This document shows, in pieces, positions 1 to 9,014 of a stretch of DNA of 64,000 nt. The stretch is from Phycisphaerae bacterium. GTDB taxonomy: Bacteria; Planctomycetota; Phycisphaerae; UBA1845; Fen-1342. Position numbers and translations under genes: made by a program. The stretch spans positions 1 through 64,000 of the forward strand of contig JASFQK010000003.1 in assembly GCA_050115495.1 (NCBI GenBank). Direction: 5' to 3'. Position 1 is the stretch's first letter, and each line of letters starts with the position of its first letter. Under the pieces are notes generated by a model that was not told the origin of the DNA, made no database searches, and worked only from the letters and a program-made list of their open reading frames with translations.

Positions 1-74
1 CATCGGCGTACTCCTCTGCCCAGCGTGGGCGGCTCGGAACCAATCTTGATCCCGAGAGTACGCCGCCTTTTTTC
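1..74 (-). promoter_or_regulatory. Structured 5' leader and RBS of a minus-strand gene starting at position 3 and leaving the window
   Basis: Minus strand reads AGGAGTACGCCG-ATG (ATG at 3-1). There is a perfect 10-bp inverted repeat at 4-13/56-65. An inner hairpin at 33-56 pairs fully only on the minus strand, using two G-U pairs. Confidence 0.45.
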
Positions 75-411
75 ATCCCGCCATCAACGAAATTCGGTTA
101 TAGCTCCGTAACGAGAGGAGCCCGGCTCTGTCCGGGCTCTCTTCCTGGCGTGCCAGGCATGGCGTTTGACGAGGAGGTGCAAGCCCTCCGGAGGCCTTGA
201 TCGCAGGAGCCCCCCAGCCGAACAGCAAGGGCGTGCGTCGACGACGCGGGAGTTGTGTTCGGCGGATGGTGGGGATAGCATGCCGCCAGCGCCGTTTGGG
301 GTCGGCGCGGTCGTCTCGGACAGTGCAGAGAAGGTCCGGCCGGCAGGCTGTGCGGGTTGCGCCCGGGGGCGTGGCCGCAGTCGCCGGCGCACGTCATGAG
401 CTGAGGACAAC

Positions 412-663
412 ATGGTCCATAAGAACAGCACGCGCCCGGTGGGGTGCGCCGAGGTCGGCGGCCGAGGGCGACGGGTTCGTCGGCGGGGTGCAGTGGTGGT
501 CGGCGGCGTCCTGCTGGCACTGGCGCTCACCGCCTGCGCTGGATGCGACACGGTCAGCTTTCTCCTGGGTTACGCCGCCGGCCGGATCGGCAGCCCGCCG
601 TTCCAGATCGTGACGGTCGAGCGCATCTGCTACCAGGACGGCGTCCAGATCGAGTGCCCGTAG
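412..663 (+). CDS. Small putative lipoprotein (83 aa)
   Basis: GAGGA RBS upstream, basic N-region, hydrophobic stretch ending LALTAC/CAGC, C-terminal Cys pair and GC3-rich codons. Confidence 0.55.
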   Translation: MVHKNSTRPVGCAEVGGRGRRVRRRGAVVVGGVLLALALTACAGCDTVSFLLGYAAGRIGSPPFQIVTVERICYQDGVQIECP

Positions 664-728
664 TCGGCGAGACGGCGTGCCGTGGGCGGCCAGCTCGACG
701 ATGAGGCCCGTCACACTGGCGGCGCAAG

Positions 729-856
729 TCCGAGCCCCGAGCGGTAGCGACGGGCAAGGCGTGTCAACGCCCATCCGAGCCCTGAGCGGCAGCGACGGGT
801 GGCCGGCAGCAACGCGTCGTCTGCGCACACCGCTTCCTTCCGGTCGCGGCTCGGAC
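729..856. repeat. REP-like elements: two direct copies of TCCGAGCCCyGAGCGGyAGCGACGGG plus an inverted related copy
   Basis: Copies at 729-754 and 774-799. Positions 829-856 are the reverse complement of GTCCGAGCCGCGACCGGAAGGAAGCGGT. Confidence 0.7.
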
Positions 857-898
857 AGAAGCGCGCGTCCGTTGATGTGCCAGCGTGCCGAAACGCCA

Positions 899-1031
899 GT
901 GTGCCACTGCTCTTGAGCAGTGCGCTTCGGCGGGCGTGGGAGCCAGCGTCCTTCGATCATCCAACGATTCACTCGGCTGAATGGACGGCGGCCACGCTAT
1001 CGATCAGCACTGCTCAAGAGCAGTGGCACAC
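899..1031. repeat. REPIN-like inverted pair of the 24-nt palindromic REP GTGTGCCACTGCTCTTGAGCAGTG
   Basis: 899-922 and 1008-1031 are exact reverse complements and the spacer is partly self-complementary. The same unit recurs at 40902-40925, with a variant at 41942-41966. Confidence 0.85.
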
Positions 1032-1119
1032 GTATGCGTTCTCCGGCGATCGGCGGGCGACAGGATGTGCGGCACGTCCTGTACAGCGCGGGGGGCTGTC
1101 GCTGACGTGAGGGGCAGAC

Positions 1120-1263
1120 ATGCCGGCGCCTGAGGCTTCAGCATGCTACACTCCCGTCGCCTGTTTGTTGGCGTTCGACGTCGGCCACAGGGGGCCGACG
1201 CTACACGTCTGGTACGGAGCCCGGACGCTGCATGCCGGCGCCTAGAGCTTCAGCATGCCACAC
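1120..1263. repeat. REP mosaic: direct repeats CATGCCGGCGCCT..GCTTCAGCATGCyACAC flanking GTAG-type REPs
   Basis: Direct repeats at 1120-1151 and 1231-1263. The unit at 1170-1204 recurs at 40845-40879 and 55658-55692. The unit at about 1206-1231 recurs at about 41003-41030. Confidence 0.8.
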
Positions 1264-1293
1264 CTTGGGGAACCTGGACTTCGCGCATACGCT

Positions 1294-1836
1294 TCACGCA
1301 CCGAGGCCGCTTAGTTGGGCGAAGATCTCTCGGGCTTGCACGTAGTCGCGCTGCCCGAAGAAGATGAAGGCAACCCACTCGATCTGCTGGTTCGTTTCGA
1401 GGAACTCGGCGACCGTCTCGATGGCGATGCGCGTCGCCTCCCGGAATGGGTAACCGTACACGCCCGTGCTGATCGCCGGGAAGGCGATCGTGCGCAGGCC
1501 GTGCTCGACGGCGACTTCCAGGCTGCGGCGGTAGCACGAGGCGAGCAACTGCGGCTCGTCCGCGCGGCCGCCGCTGTAGACGGGCCCGACCGTGTGGATC
1601 ACGTGTTTGGCGGGGAGCTTGAACCCGGGCGTGATCTTGGCGTCACCGGTGGGACAGCCGCCGAGCGGGCGACAGGCGGCGAGCAATTCCGGACCTGCGG
1701 CCCGGTGGATGGCCCCATCGACGCCGCCGCCGCCGGCGAGACGGGAATTGGCGGCGTTCACGATGGCGTCGATGGCGAGTTCGGTGATATCTCCTTCACG
1801 AATCTCGATTTTGGTCCAAACGTCGCCACCTGACAT
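1294..1836 (-). CDS. ymdB: Macro-domain protein, O-acetyl-ADP-ribose deacetylase (YmdB-like)
   Basis: Motifs [32 protein letters not shown] and [20 protein letters not shown] lies before ATG 1836, so the ORF track start at 1911 is probably too long. Confidence 0.9.
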   Translation of the reverse strand: MSGGDVWTKIEIREGDITELAIDAIVNAANSRLAGGGGVDGAIHRAAGPELLAACRPLGGCPTGDAKITPGFKLPAKHVIHTVGPVYSGGRADEPQLLASCYRRSLEVAVEHGLRTIAFPAISTGVYGYPFREATRIAIETVAEFLETNQQIEWVAFIFFGQRDYVQAREIFAQLSGLGA

Positions 1837-1928
1837 TGGTCTAACTCCACAGGAATTCGTATGTCTGGACATGCCCAGAGGCGTACAATACGTAGGATGA
1901 CGCCGAGTCACAAGCTGGGAGATCCGTC

Positions 1929-4112
1929 ATGTCACGCTGCATAGTTATCGCCCTCTTGACGTCGTTCGTGGTCGCCAGCCCGGCGGCGGCCCAATTCGCG
2001 GGGGACAGCGTGCCGGCGACCTACATGGTGGCCGCCGATGACCTGTCGCCGCTTCGGCTACTCGCCGGCGTGCGGGCTTATCCGGACGCCGCCCTGCGTA
2101 CGCTGCTGGCCCTGGCCGACCGGCCCGACCTGCTCCGGCAACTCGCCGAACATCCCGAGCTGATCGCCCAGCCCGACCAGATCAGCCCGCCCGTGCCGAT
2201 GGACCTGCAAGCCGCCATCCGCGACATGCAGCGTTTTCCGGAGGCGGTCGCCCTGGCGGCGGCGTATCCGGAGGAACTGGCGACCTTGCGGCGGATCTAC
2301 GCCGAGGCCCCGGACGGTCTCGCGGCGCGGCTGGCGGAGCTGCGGGCGGCGTACGACGCAGCGGCCCTCGACGGCGCCCGGGCCTGGGAGCAGATGCTGA
2401 GCAGCGATCCCGGCGCGGCCGCCGCCTATCGCGACGCGGTGACCCGTTTCTGCCGAGCGGAGATCGAGCAATACCCCGGCTTCCCCTGCGTGCAGGTGAC
2501 CCGGCCCGAGTACTACTACGCGTGTCCGCCGAACGAACTGCTCATGGGCTACGTAGCCGACAGCGCCAACGCGAGCGGCCTGGCCGCGCTGATGGAGCGC
2601 TGGTGGGCGGAGCATGGTTCAGAACAGGTGGACGCCCGCGTGCAGGCGATGGGCGGTCGGGCGCTTAGCTACCCGCCCGCGGGGACCTGCCTGGCGGGCC
2701 TCGACGTCTCGCAACGCATCACGATGTGGCAACTGCCGGCGACGGAGCAGCCGAGTGGGGACCTCGTGCCGATCATCATGCAGCCGCCGGCGGATCAGCC
2801 GCTCGATGCCCGGTTGGCGTTCGCCGTCGCCGAGCATGCCCGGTTGTGGGCGCCGCAATCGCTCCCGGCCGAGGCGGTAGAGCCGGCGCCGGTGGCCCAG
2901 GTCGAACCGGCCCCGGTGCTCTCGCCGGCTCCGGCGCCGATTGAGCCCGACCCGGGCTTCGTGCCCTGGACCGAGGTGGTCGATGCCGAGCCGCAGATGT
3001 ACGGCGATCCTGACTACGATCCGGGTTACACGGTGGTCTACCGTGACGTGTCGCCCAGCCCGACGTACGTGAACTACGGCACCGGCAGCTACCGCCTGCA
3101 CTATGCGACGTGCTACCCGTACTACAGCGGGTACGTGTGGACGTGGCCGTTGATCTCGACGGGGCCGTGCTGGCCGGCGACGGGGCCGCGGCACGGAATC
3201 CACTACGGCTGTGGCTCGCGGGCGCACGTGTCGTACCGCGGCTCGCACGCCCGCGTGCAGTTCTCGATCGGCACCAGCGGGCCGCTGCTCTACTACGATG
3301 CGCCGTACAGGACGCTGTCCGAGCGCTACGCGCGGCACGCGGCCCATCGCGTCGGGCGACGTCCCGTGCGCAGCCGCATCTACTACCCGTCGCACGACCG
3401 GAGCTACTCCGGACACCGCACGTGGGGCACGCCGTCGCACCGTTCCGACGGTGGCCGGCGCGACATGGGCCGATCCGGCCACAGTCCTTGGTCCCGCGGT
3501 GGCAGCGACATCATCCGCCCCTCGGCCAGCCCTCGGCCGGACCACGGTACGCGGGTCGGCGGAACGACGCGCGGCGCGAGTGACCGCCGCACGACTTACG
3601 TGCGTCCGCCGACGCAATCGCGGACTTCAGGCACGCGCCCGTCGTATCAGCGGCCGCCCACGCAGTCGCGGACGTCTGGCACTCACCCGTCGTATCGGCG
3701 TTCGCCGACGCAGTCGCGGACGTCGGGTACGCGTCCGTCCTATCAGCGACCGCCGACCCGATCGCGGACTTCTGGCACGCGACCGTCGGTTCAGCGTTCG
3801 CCGACCCGATCACGGACGTCCGGCACGCGACCGTCGATTCAGCGTCCGCCGAGCCGGACGTCGCAGCGGTCCGGCAATCAGATGAGCGGCTCGCGTCGCA
3901 GCAGCGGGGTCAGCCGGCAGTCGTCAGTTCGGCCGTCGAGCCGCACGAACCGCACGAGCCGCTCCGGCAGCGTCAGCCGGAGTCCATCGTCGCGATCGAG
4001 CCAGCCTCGTGCGGTTCGCCCGACGACCACTCAGCGGCGGTCCTCGTCGAAGCCGCGCAGCAGCACCACGCGGCCGCAATCGACCAGGCGAGACAGCCGC
4101 AGCCGCCCGTAG
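1929..4112 (+). CDS. Secreted hypothetical protein with helical N-domain, Tyr/Trp-rich middle and Arg/Ser-rich repetitive tail
   Basis: Signal peptide (SPAAA-Q), GGAG RBS, 727-aa GC3-biased ORF and low-complexity C-terminus. Confidence 0.75.
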   Translation: MSRCIVIALLTSFVVASPAAAQFAGDSVPATYMVAADDLSPLRLLAGVRAYPDAALRTLLALADRPDLLRQLAEHPELIAQPDQISPPVPMDLQAAIRDMQRFPEAVALAAAYPEELATLRRIYAEAPDGLAARLAELRAAYDAAALDGARAWEQMLSSDPGAAAAYRDAVTRFCRAEIEQYPGFPCVQVTRPEYYYACPPNELLMGYVADSANASGLAALMERWWAEHGSEQVDARVQAMGGRALSYPPAGTCLAGLDVSQRITMWQLPATEQPSGDLVPIIMQPPADQPLDARLAFAVAEHARLWAPQSLPAEAVEPAPVAQVEPAPVLSPAPAPIEPDPGFVPWTEVVDAEPQMYGDPDYDPGYTVVYRDVSPSPTYVNYGTGSYRLHYATCYPYYSGYVWTWPLISTGPCWPATGPRHGIHYGCGSRAHVSYRGSHARVQFSIGTSGPLLYYDAPYRTLSERYARHAAHRVGRRPVRSRIYYPSHDRSYSGHRTWGTPSHRSDGGRRDMGRSGHSPWSRGGSDIIRPSASPRPDHGTRVGGTTRGASDRRTTYVRPPTQSRTSGTRPSYQRPPTQSRTSGTHPSYRRSPTQSRTSGTRPSYQRPPTRSRTSGTRPSVQRSPTRSRTSGTRPSIQRPPSRTSQRSGNQMSGSRRSSGVSRQSSVRPSSRTNRTSRSGSVSRSPSSRSSQPRAVRPTTTQRRSSSKPRSSTTRPQSTRRDSRSRP
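3603..3850 (+). repeat. Coding tandem repeat, about 5 x 48 nt (16 aa: R[PS]PT[QR]SRTSGT[RH]PS[YVI][QR])
   Basis: Visible in the translation. Synonymous positions differ between units. Confidence 0.85.
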
Positions 4113-4184
4113 CACGGCGATCGGACTCGGGCATCAACGTCGGGGCCGGCTGACATTTGCCAGTGCCGCCCGTACGATGCGCAC

Positions 4185-6929
4185 ATGCCCCAGTCGCTCT
4201 ACCTGATTGACGGCCACGCGCAGATTTACCGTGCCTACTACGCCCCGTTCGGCAGTCTGACCTCGCCCGACGGCGAGCCGACGCGGGCCACGCACGTCTT
4301 CTGCCAGATGCTGCTCAACCTCCTCCGCGACCAGCAGCCGGACTACCTCGTCATGGTGCTGGACACGTCGGATGAAACGGTGTTTCGCCGGGACCTCTAC
4401 CCGGAATACAAGGCCCACCGCGACCCGCCGCCGGAAGACCTCCCGCCGCAGATGGACCGCATTGTGGGGATCCTGTCGGCGGTGGGCGTGCCGATTCTGC
4501 GCGTGCCGCGGTTTGAGGCCGACGACATCATCGCCACGTTGGCCGCTCGCCACGCCGGCGACGACCTCGACGTCTTCCTCGTCAGCCGCGACAAGGACCT
4601 CGAACAGCTCCTCACCGAGCGGGTGACGATGTTCGACCCGGGCAAGAACGAGATCATCACGCCCGAGGGGCTGTTCGAAGTGAAGGGCTGGTGGCCGCGG
4701 CAGGCGATCGACGCCCAGGTCCTCACCGGCGACAGCGTGGACAACGTCCCCGGCGTGCCGGGCATCGGCCCGAAGACGGCGGCCAAGCTGTTGCAGAAGT
4801 ACGGTTCCGTCGAAGAGGTCGTCGCCCACGCGGAGGAGTTGACGCCGAAGCAGCGTGAGAACGTGCTGGCGTTCGTGCCGAAGATCGAGCTGACGCGGCA
4901 ACTGGTGACGTTGCGGACGGATGTGCCATTCAAGTTCGACCTGTCGGCGGCGGCGTGCCGGCGGTTCGACTGGTCGGCGGCGGTGCCGATCTTCAGCGAC
5001 CTCGGCTTGCGGCGGTTGCTCGAGCAGTTGCCGGCGGGGGAGGGCGGTGCGCCGCCGGAAGCGCCCGCGCCACCGGCTCCCGCTGCCGTGGCGCCGGCCG
5101 AAGCTACCGATCTGAGCCAGCCGGACGGCGGTGAGTACATCGCGGTCAGCACGCCGGAGAAGCTGGCGGAGCTGGCGGCAGCACTGGCGGCGCAGGACGC
5201 GTTTGCCCTGGACACCGAGACGACCAGCGTGAACCCGATCGATGCGGAACTGGTCGGGCTGTCGTTCTCGTGGGAGGTGGGGCGGGGATACTACGTCCCG
5301 GTGCAGTGCATGTATGGGGGCGCGCTGCCACTGGAGCAGGTGCGGGCGGCGCTCGGGCCGGTGCTGGCCGACGAGCGGCGCGTGAAGGTGGGGCAGAATC
5401 TCAAGTACGATCTGATCGTGTTGCACGAGGCGGGGATGCCGGTGGCCGGGCCGCTGTTCGACACGATGATCGCGGCGTTCGTGGTCGATCCGACGCGGGG
5501 CTCGTTCGCGCTCGACAAGCTCGTGCCGGCGCTGTTCGGTCACGAGATGATCCCCATCACCGACCTGATCGGCAAAGGCCGCGATCAGCTTCGCATGGAC
5601 CAGGTGCCGCTGGAACACGTCGCGGAGTACGCCGCGGAGGACGCCGACTACACGTGGCGGCTGCGGCAGTACCTCGCCCCGCGACTCGCCAGTGCTGGCG
5701 TCGAGAGCCTGTTCTACGAGACGGAAATGCCGCTCGTTTCCGTGCTGACCGACATGGAGCACAACGGCATCAGCATCGACGTCGACCTGCTCACCCGCAT
5801 GTCGAAGGAGCTGGCGGCGCGGACCGCCGAGCTCAGCGCCGAGGTCCAGAAGCTCGCTGGTCGGCCGTTCAACCTCGATTCGCCGAAGCAGCTTGGCGAG
5901 ATACTGTTCGATCGGCTCGAGTTCCGCGTGGTGAAGCGGACGCGCACGGCGCGATCAACCGATGCGGAAACGCTGGAGACGCTCGCCCGCGAGACCGATC
6001 ATCCGCTCCCGCGGCTGCTGCTGGAATATCGCGAATTGCAGAAGCTCCGCGGTACGTACGTCGACGCGCTGCCCGTTGCCCGCAGCCGCCGGACCGGCCG
6101 CATCCACACGAGCTATCACCAGACGGGGGCCATCACCGGGCGTCTGTCGAGCAGTGAACCGAATCTCCAGAACATCCCCGTTCGCACGGAGCTCGGCCGG
6201 CAGATCCGCCGAGCGTTCGTGCCGCGGACGCGCGACGAACTGCTTATCGTCGCGGACTACTCGCAGGTCGAGCTGCGCGTCCTCGCTCATTTCTGCGAGG
6301 ATGAGGCGCTGATCCAGGCGTTCGCCGAAGATCGCGACATTCACACGTTCGTCGCGAGTCAGATCAACGGCGTGCCGCTCGACGAGGTGACCAAGGACAT
6401 GCGGGCCCGGGCCAAGGCGGTCAACTTCGGCATCATCTATGGCCAGACGGCGTTTGGCCTGGCGCAGACGACCGGGCTCGGCCGCAACGAGGCGCAGCAG
6501 TTCATCGACGCCTACTTCGCCCGCTACCCGCGCATCCGTCGCTTCATCGACCAGTGTCTCGCCGAGGCCCGTCGTGACGGCGGCGTGCGAACGATCCAGG
6601 GCCGCCGCCGGCCGATCCGCGACCTCGACTCGAAGAACCGCACGGCTCGTGCCCAGGCCGAGCGGCTCGCGGTCAACACGGTCATCCAGGGTTCCGCCGC
6701 CGACCTCATCAAGACGGCGATGATCCAGCTTCACGAGCGCGTTCGGCGGGAGAAGCTGCCGCTGCGGATGCTGCTCCAGGTGCACGATGAGCTTGTCTGC
6801 GAAGCTCCTCGTGACGCCGCCGCCGGCCTGGCCGAGGTTGTCCGCGACGTGATGGCGGGGGCGATGTCGCTTCGCGTGCCGTTGAAGGTCGACGTTGCCA
6901 CGGGCGAGAACTGGCTGGAGGCGAAATGA
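4185..6929 (+). CDS. polA: DNA polymerase I
   Basis: 5'-3' exonuclease (LIDGH, EADD, DKD, GDSVDNVPG), intact 3'-5' exonuclease motifs (DTETT, NLKYD, YAAED) and Pol A motifs (ADYSQVELR, KAVNFGIIYG, LQVHDEL). Confidence 0.98.
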   Translation: MPQSLYLIDGHAQIYRAYYAPFGSLTSPDGEPTRATHVFCQMLLNLLRDQQPDYLVMVLDTSDETVFRRDLYPEYKAHRDPPPEDLPPQMDRIVGILSAVGVPILRVPRFEADDIIATLAARHAGDDLDVFLVSRDKDLEQLLTERVTMFDPGKNEIITPEGLFEVKGWWPRQAIDAQVLTGDSVDNVPGVPGIGPKTAAKLLQKYGSVEEVVAHAEELTPKQRENVLAFVPKIELTRQLVTLRTDVPFKFDLSAAACRRFDWSAAVPIFSDLGLRRLLEQLPAGEGGAPPEAPAPPAPAAVAPAEATDLSQPDGGEYIAVSTPEKLAELAAALAAQDAFALDTETTSVNPIDAELVGLSFSWEVGRGYYVPVQCMYGGALPLEQVRAALGPVLADERRVKVGQNLKYDLIVLHEAGMPVAGPLFDTMIAAFVVDPTRGSFALDKLVPALFGHEMIPITDLIGKGRDQLRMDQVPLEHVAEYAAEDADYTWRLRQYLAPRLASAGVESLFYETEMPLVSVLTDMEHNGISIDVDLLTRMSKELAARTAELSAEVQKLAGRPFNLDSPKQLGEILFDRLEFRVVKRTRTARSTDAETLETLARETDHPLPRLLLEYRELQKLRGTYVDALPVARSRRTGRIHTSYHQTGAITGRLSSSEPNLQNIPVRTELGRQIRRAFVPRTRDELLIVADYSQVELRVLAHFCEDEALIQAFAEDRDIHTFVASQINGVPLDEVTKDMRARAKAVNFGIIYGQTAFGLAQTTGLGRNEAQQFIDAYFARYPRIRRFIDQCLAEARRDGGVRTIQGRRRPIRDLDSKNRTARAQAERLAVNTVIQGSAADLIKTAMIQLHERVRREKLPLRMLLQVHDELVCEAPRDAAAGLAEVVRDVMAGAMSLRVPLKVDVATGENWLEAK

Positions 6930-7723
6930 CGCCTGCCGCCCGGCTCGTTCGGCGGAACCTGCTTGATCCGCGCGAGGCAGGCGAGGCCGCCGCCGCGCCG
7001 CTGGCCGACAGCGTGAACATCCCCTTCGCCGAGCTGCCGCAGCGCACGCACGAATTGCCGCCGAAGAGCGAGGTCATTTCGGTAACCGGATCGGCGGAGT
7101 TGGCCGCGCGCGTCATCGCTTGGTTGGAGCAGGGCGGCCGGCAGGGGCGGTATGTCGCCGGCGAACCAGCAAGGCCGCAGGTGGGTGAGATCGGCCGGCT
7201 CTGGCAGCCGAACGCGTTTCTCGCGGAAGTGGCAGGGGGGCTGACACCCGGACGGGCGCTCGATCTCGGCTGCGGAACCGGACGGGATGCGATCTACTTG
7301 GCATCGTGCGGCTGGCAAGTCACCGGCGTCGACGTTCTGCCCGATGCTCTGACGCGTGCTCGCGATCTCGCGCGCCGCTGCGCCGCGGCGTGCGGGCCCC
7401 TGGAATGGCTCTGCGCCGATCTCGAAACCGCGCCGCCGACGTTCGCGGCTGAGTTCGACCTGATCGTGATGCTGCGCTACCTGCACCGCCCGCTGTTGGC
7501 TCGCGTTGCCGACTGGCTCCGTCCCGGCGGCAGCTTCCTGTGCGAGTTCTTCACAACGACCCATCGCGACCGTCACGGCCGGCCGGCGAATGCGGCGGCT
7601 GCGCACGAACTGGCGGACTTGCTCGCCGGCTGGCGGATTCTGCACCATTCCGAAGCCTGGCGCGGCGATCGGCACACGGTTCGCATCTGGGCGACACCGG
7701 CCGACAGGGTCGACGGCCGTTAG
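6926..7723 (+). CDS. Rhodanese-like domain fused to class I SAM-dependent methyltransferase (TehB-like)
   Basis: N-terminal LLDPRE..SVNIPFAEL rhodanese-like segment, ALDLGCGTGRDAIYLA, FDLIV and LRPGG. Overlaps the polA stop (ATGA). Confidence 0.75.
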   Translation: MTPAARLVRRNLLDPREAGEAAAAPLADSVNIPFAELPQRTHELPPKSEVISVTGSAELAARVIAWLEQGGRQGRYVAGEPARPQVGEIGRLWQPNAFLAEVAGGLTPGRALDLGCGTGRDAIYLASCGWQVTGVDVLPDALTRARDLARRCAAACGPLEWLCADLETAPPTFAAEFDLIVMLRYLHRPLLARVADWLRPGGSFLCEFFTTTHRDRHGRPANAAAAHELADLLAGWRILHHSEAWRGDRHTVRIWATPADRVDGR

Positions 7724-8949
7724 TTGATGGGCGGGCCGTCGTTACTCCAGGCGGGATAGCAGTGTTCGCCCGCGTTCTCGGGCCAGTAGCATCCACCCGC
7801 ATACCCGCGTTCATTGTGCAGGGACTGTGAATCGACGTCATCGAGGCGCCAATAGCCGATGAGGCTTGTGACCTCCGGGCCGAGCCGCGACCAGCGTAGA
7901 TCCAGGCTCGCCGGCTCCACCCACCAGCGCACCTCGGCGATCCTCCCCGAGAAGCTGGCGCCGATGTGCAGTACTGTCGTGGGGGTATCGTCCCACCACG
8001 ACGCAGGGTAGGTGGGCGGGGCGCTGTACTCGCTGCCCCCCGGTACCTCAGTGAGGTATTCCCCGTCCAGGTAGACGGTCGCGAGGGGCGGCAGCATGGT
8101 GGTGTCGTAGATCAGGGCGATATGGCGCCACTGGCCGTCGAGGCCATGAACCGTGACCGAACTCGTGTTGGGGTCCAGGTGGACCTCGACGAGGTTCGTG
8201 TTCGGATGGAGCGTGACGGTCAGGGCCTCGTCGGAGAAGCTGAACAGCAGCCCGCCCGTCGGGTCCGCTTTGAACCACACCTCGAACATGTAGGTCGGCA
8301 GCGAGTAGGCTCGCGCCCAGAAGTGCGTTAGTTGTTCCGAAGGCACTTGCAGCGAACCGATGATCGCGCCGGCGGTGATCCGGCTCGTCGTCGTGGCTTC
8401 CAGCCCGGTCGCGGTGACCACCCGCAACGTAGCGGTGTAGACGCCTGCCTGTTCGTAGGTATGCGCTGGGGCCGGCTGCTCGCTGGTTTCGCTGGCGTCG
8501 CCGAAGTCCCAGTGATACTCGCTGATCACGTCGTCGTCGCGATAGCTGGCTGAGCCGTCGAACTGCACTGCCAGCGGCAGCAGGCCGGCGTTCGTATCCG
8601 CCTTGATAATGGCGACCGGCACCGGTTCGACGCGCACCTCCACGCTCGCCGGGCCGATGTTCCCTTCCGCATCGGTCACGTGCAACACGATCGTGTACGT
8701 GCCCGCGGTGTCGTACGTGTGCGTGGCTTCCACCGTGTCGGCTGTCGAGCCGTCGCCGAAGTCCCATGCATACGTGAGTTCGCCGGCGGTGGTCGACGTC
8801 GACTCGGCCGCAGAGACCTGCACCTCCAACGGGACCACGCCCGTGGTCGAGGAGATGGTGATGCGGGCCCGGACGGGGCCACCGGGTAGCCACGGGCAAC
8901 CGCCGACCAGGCACAAGGCCAACATGGCTGCAACAGGAAGACGTTTCAT
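7720..8949 (-). CDS. Lipoprotein with 2 PKD domains and a LamG/ConA-like domain (array copy 4)
   Basis: GGAGG RBS before ATG 8949, lipobox LVGGC, WDFGDG..HTY twice, FEVWFK, WRHIAL, VYLDG, IAEVRWW and LIGYWRLDD. Confidence 0.88.
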   Translation of the reverse strand: MKRLPVAAMLALCLVGGCPWLPGGPVRARITISSTTGVVPLEVQVSAAESTSTTAGELTYAWDFGDGSTADTVEATHTYDTAGTYTIVLHVTDAEGNIGPASVEVRVEPVPVAIIKADTNAGLLPLAVQFDGSASYRDDDVISEYHWDFGDASETSEQPAPAHTYEQAGVYTATLRVVTATGLEATTTSRITAGAIIGSLQVPSEQLTHFWARAYSLPTYMFEVWFKADPTGGLLFSFSDEALTVTLHPNTNLVEVHLDPNTSSVTVHGLDGQWRHIALIYDTTMLPPLATVYLDGEYLTEVPGGSEYSAPPTYPASWWDDTPTTVLHIGASFSGRIAEVRWWVEPASLDLRWSRLGPEVTSLIGYWRLDDVDSQSLHNERGYAGGCYWPENAGEHCYPAWSNDGPPIN

Positions 8950-9014
8950 ACCGCACCTCCCGTTCAATCCATCAGACGCGGTCCCCGTCCGTCGTCCGCC
9001 GACGTGGCGGGCCG

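Noticed and set aside
729..1263. CRISPR array interpretation of the short repeats here and at 55465-55692
   Set aside because: Units differ in sequence, orientation and spacing, there are at most two direct copies of each, and no cas genes are present. They recur dispersed, like REPs.
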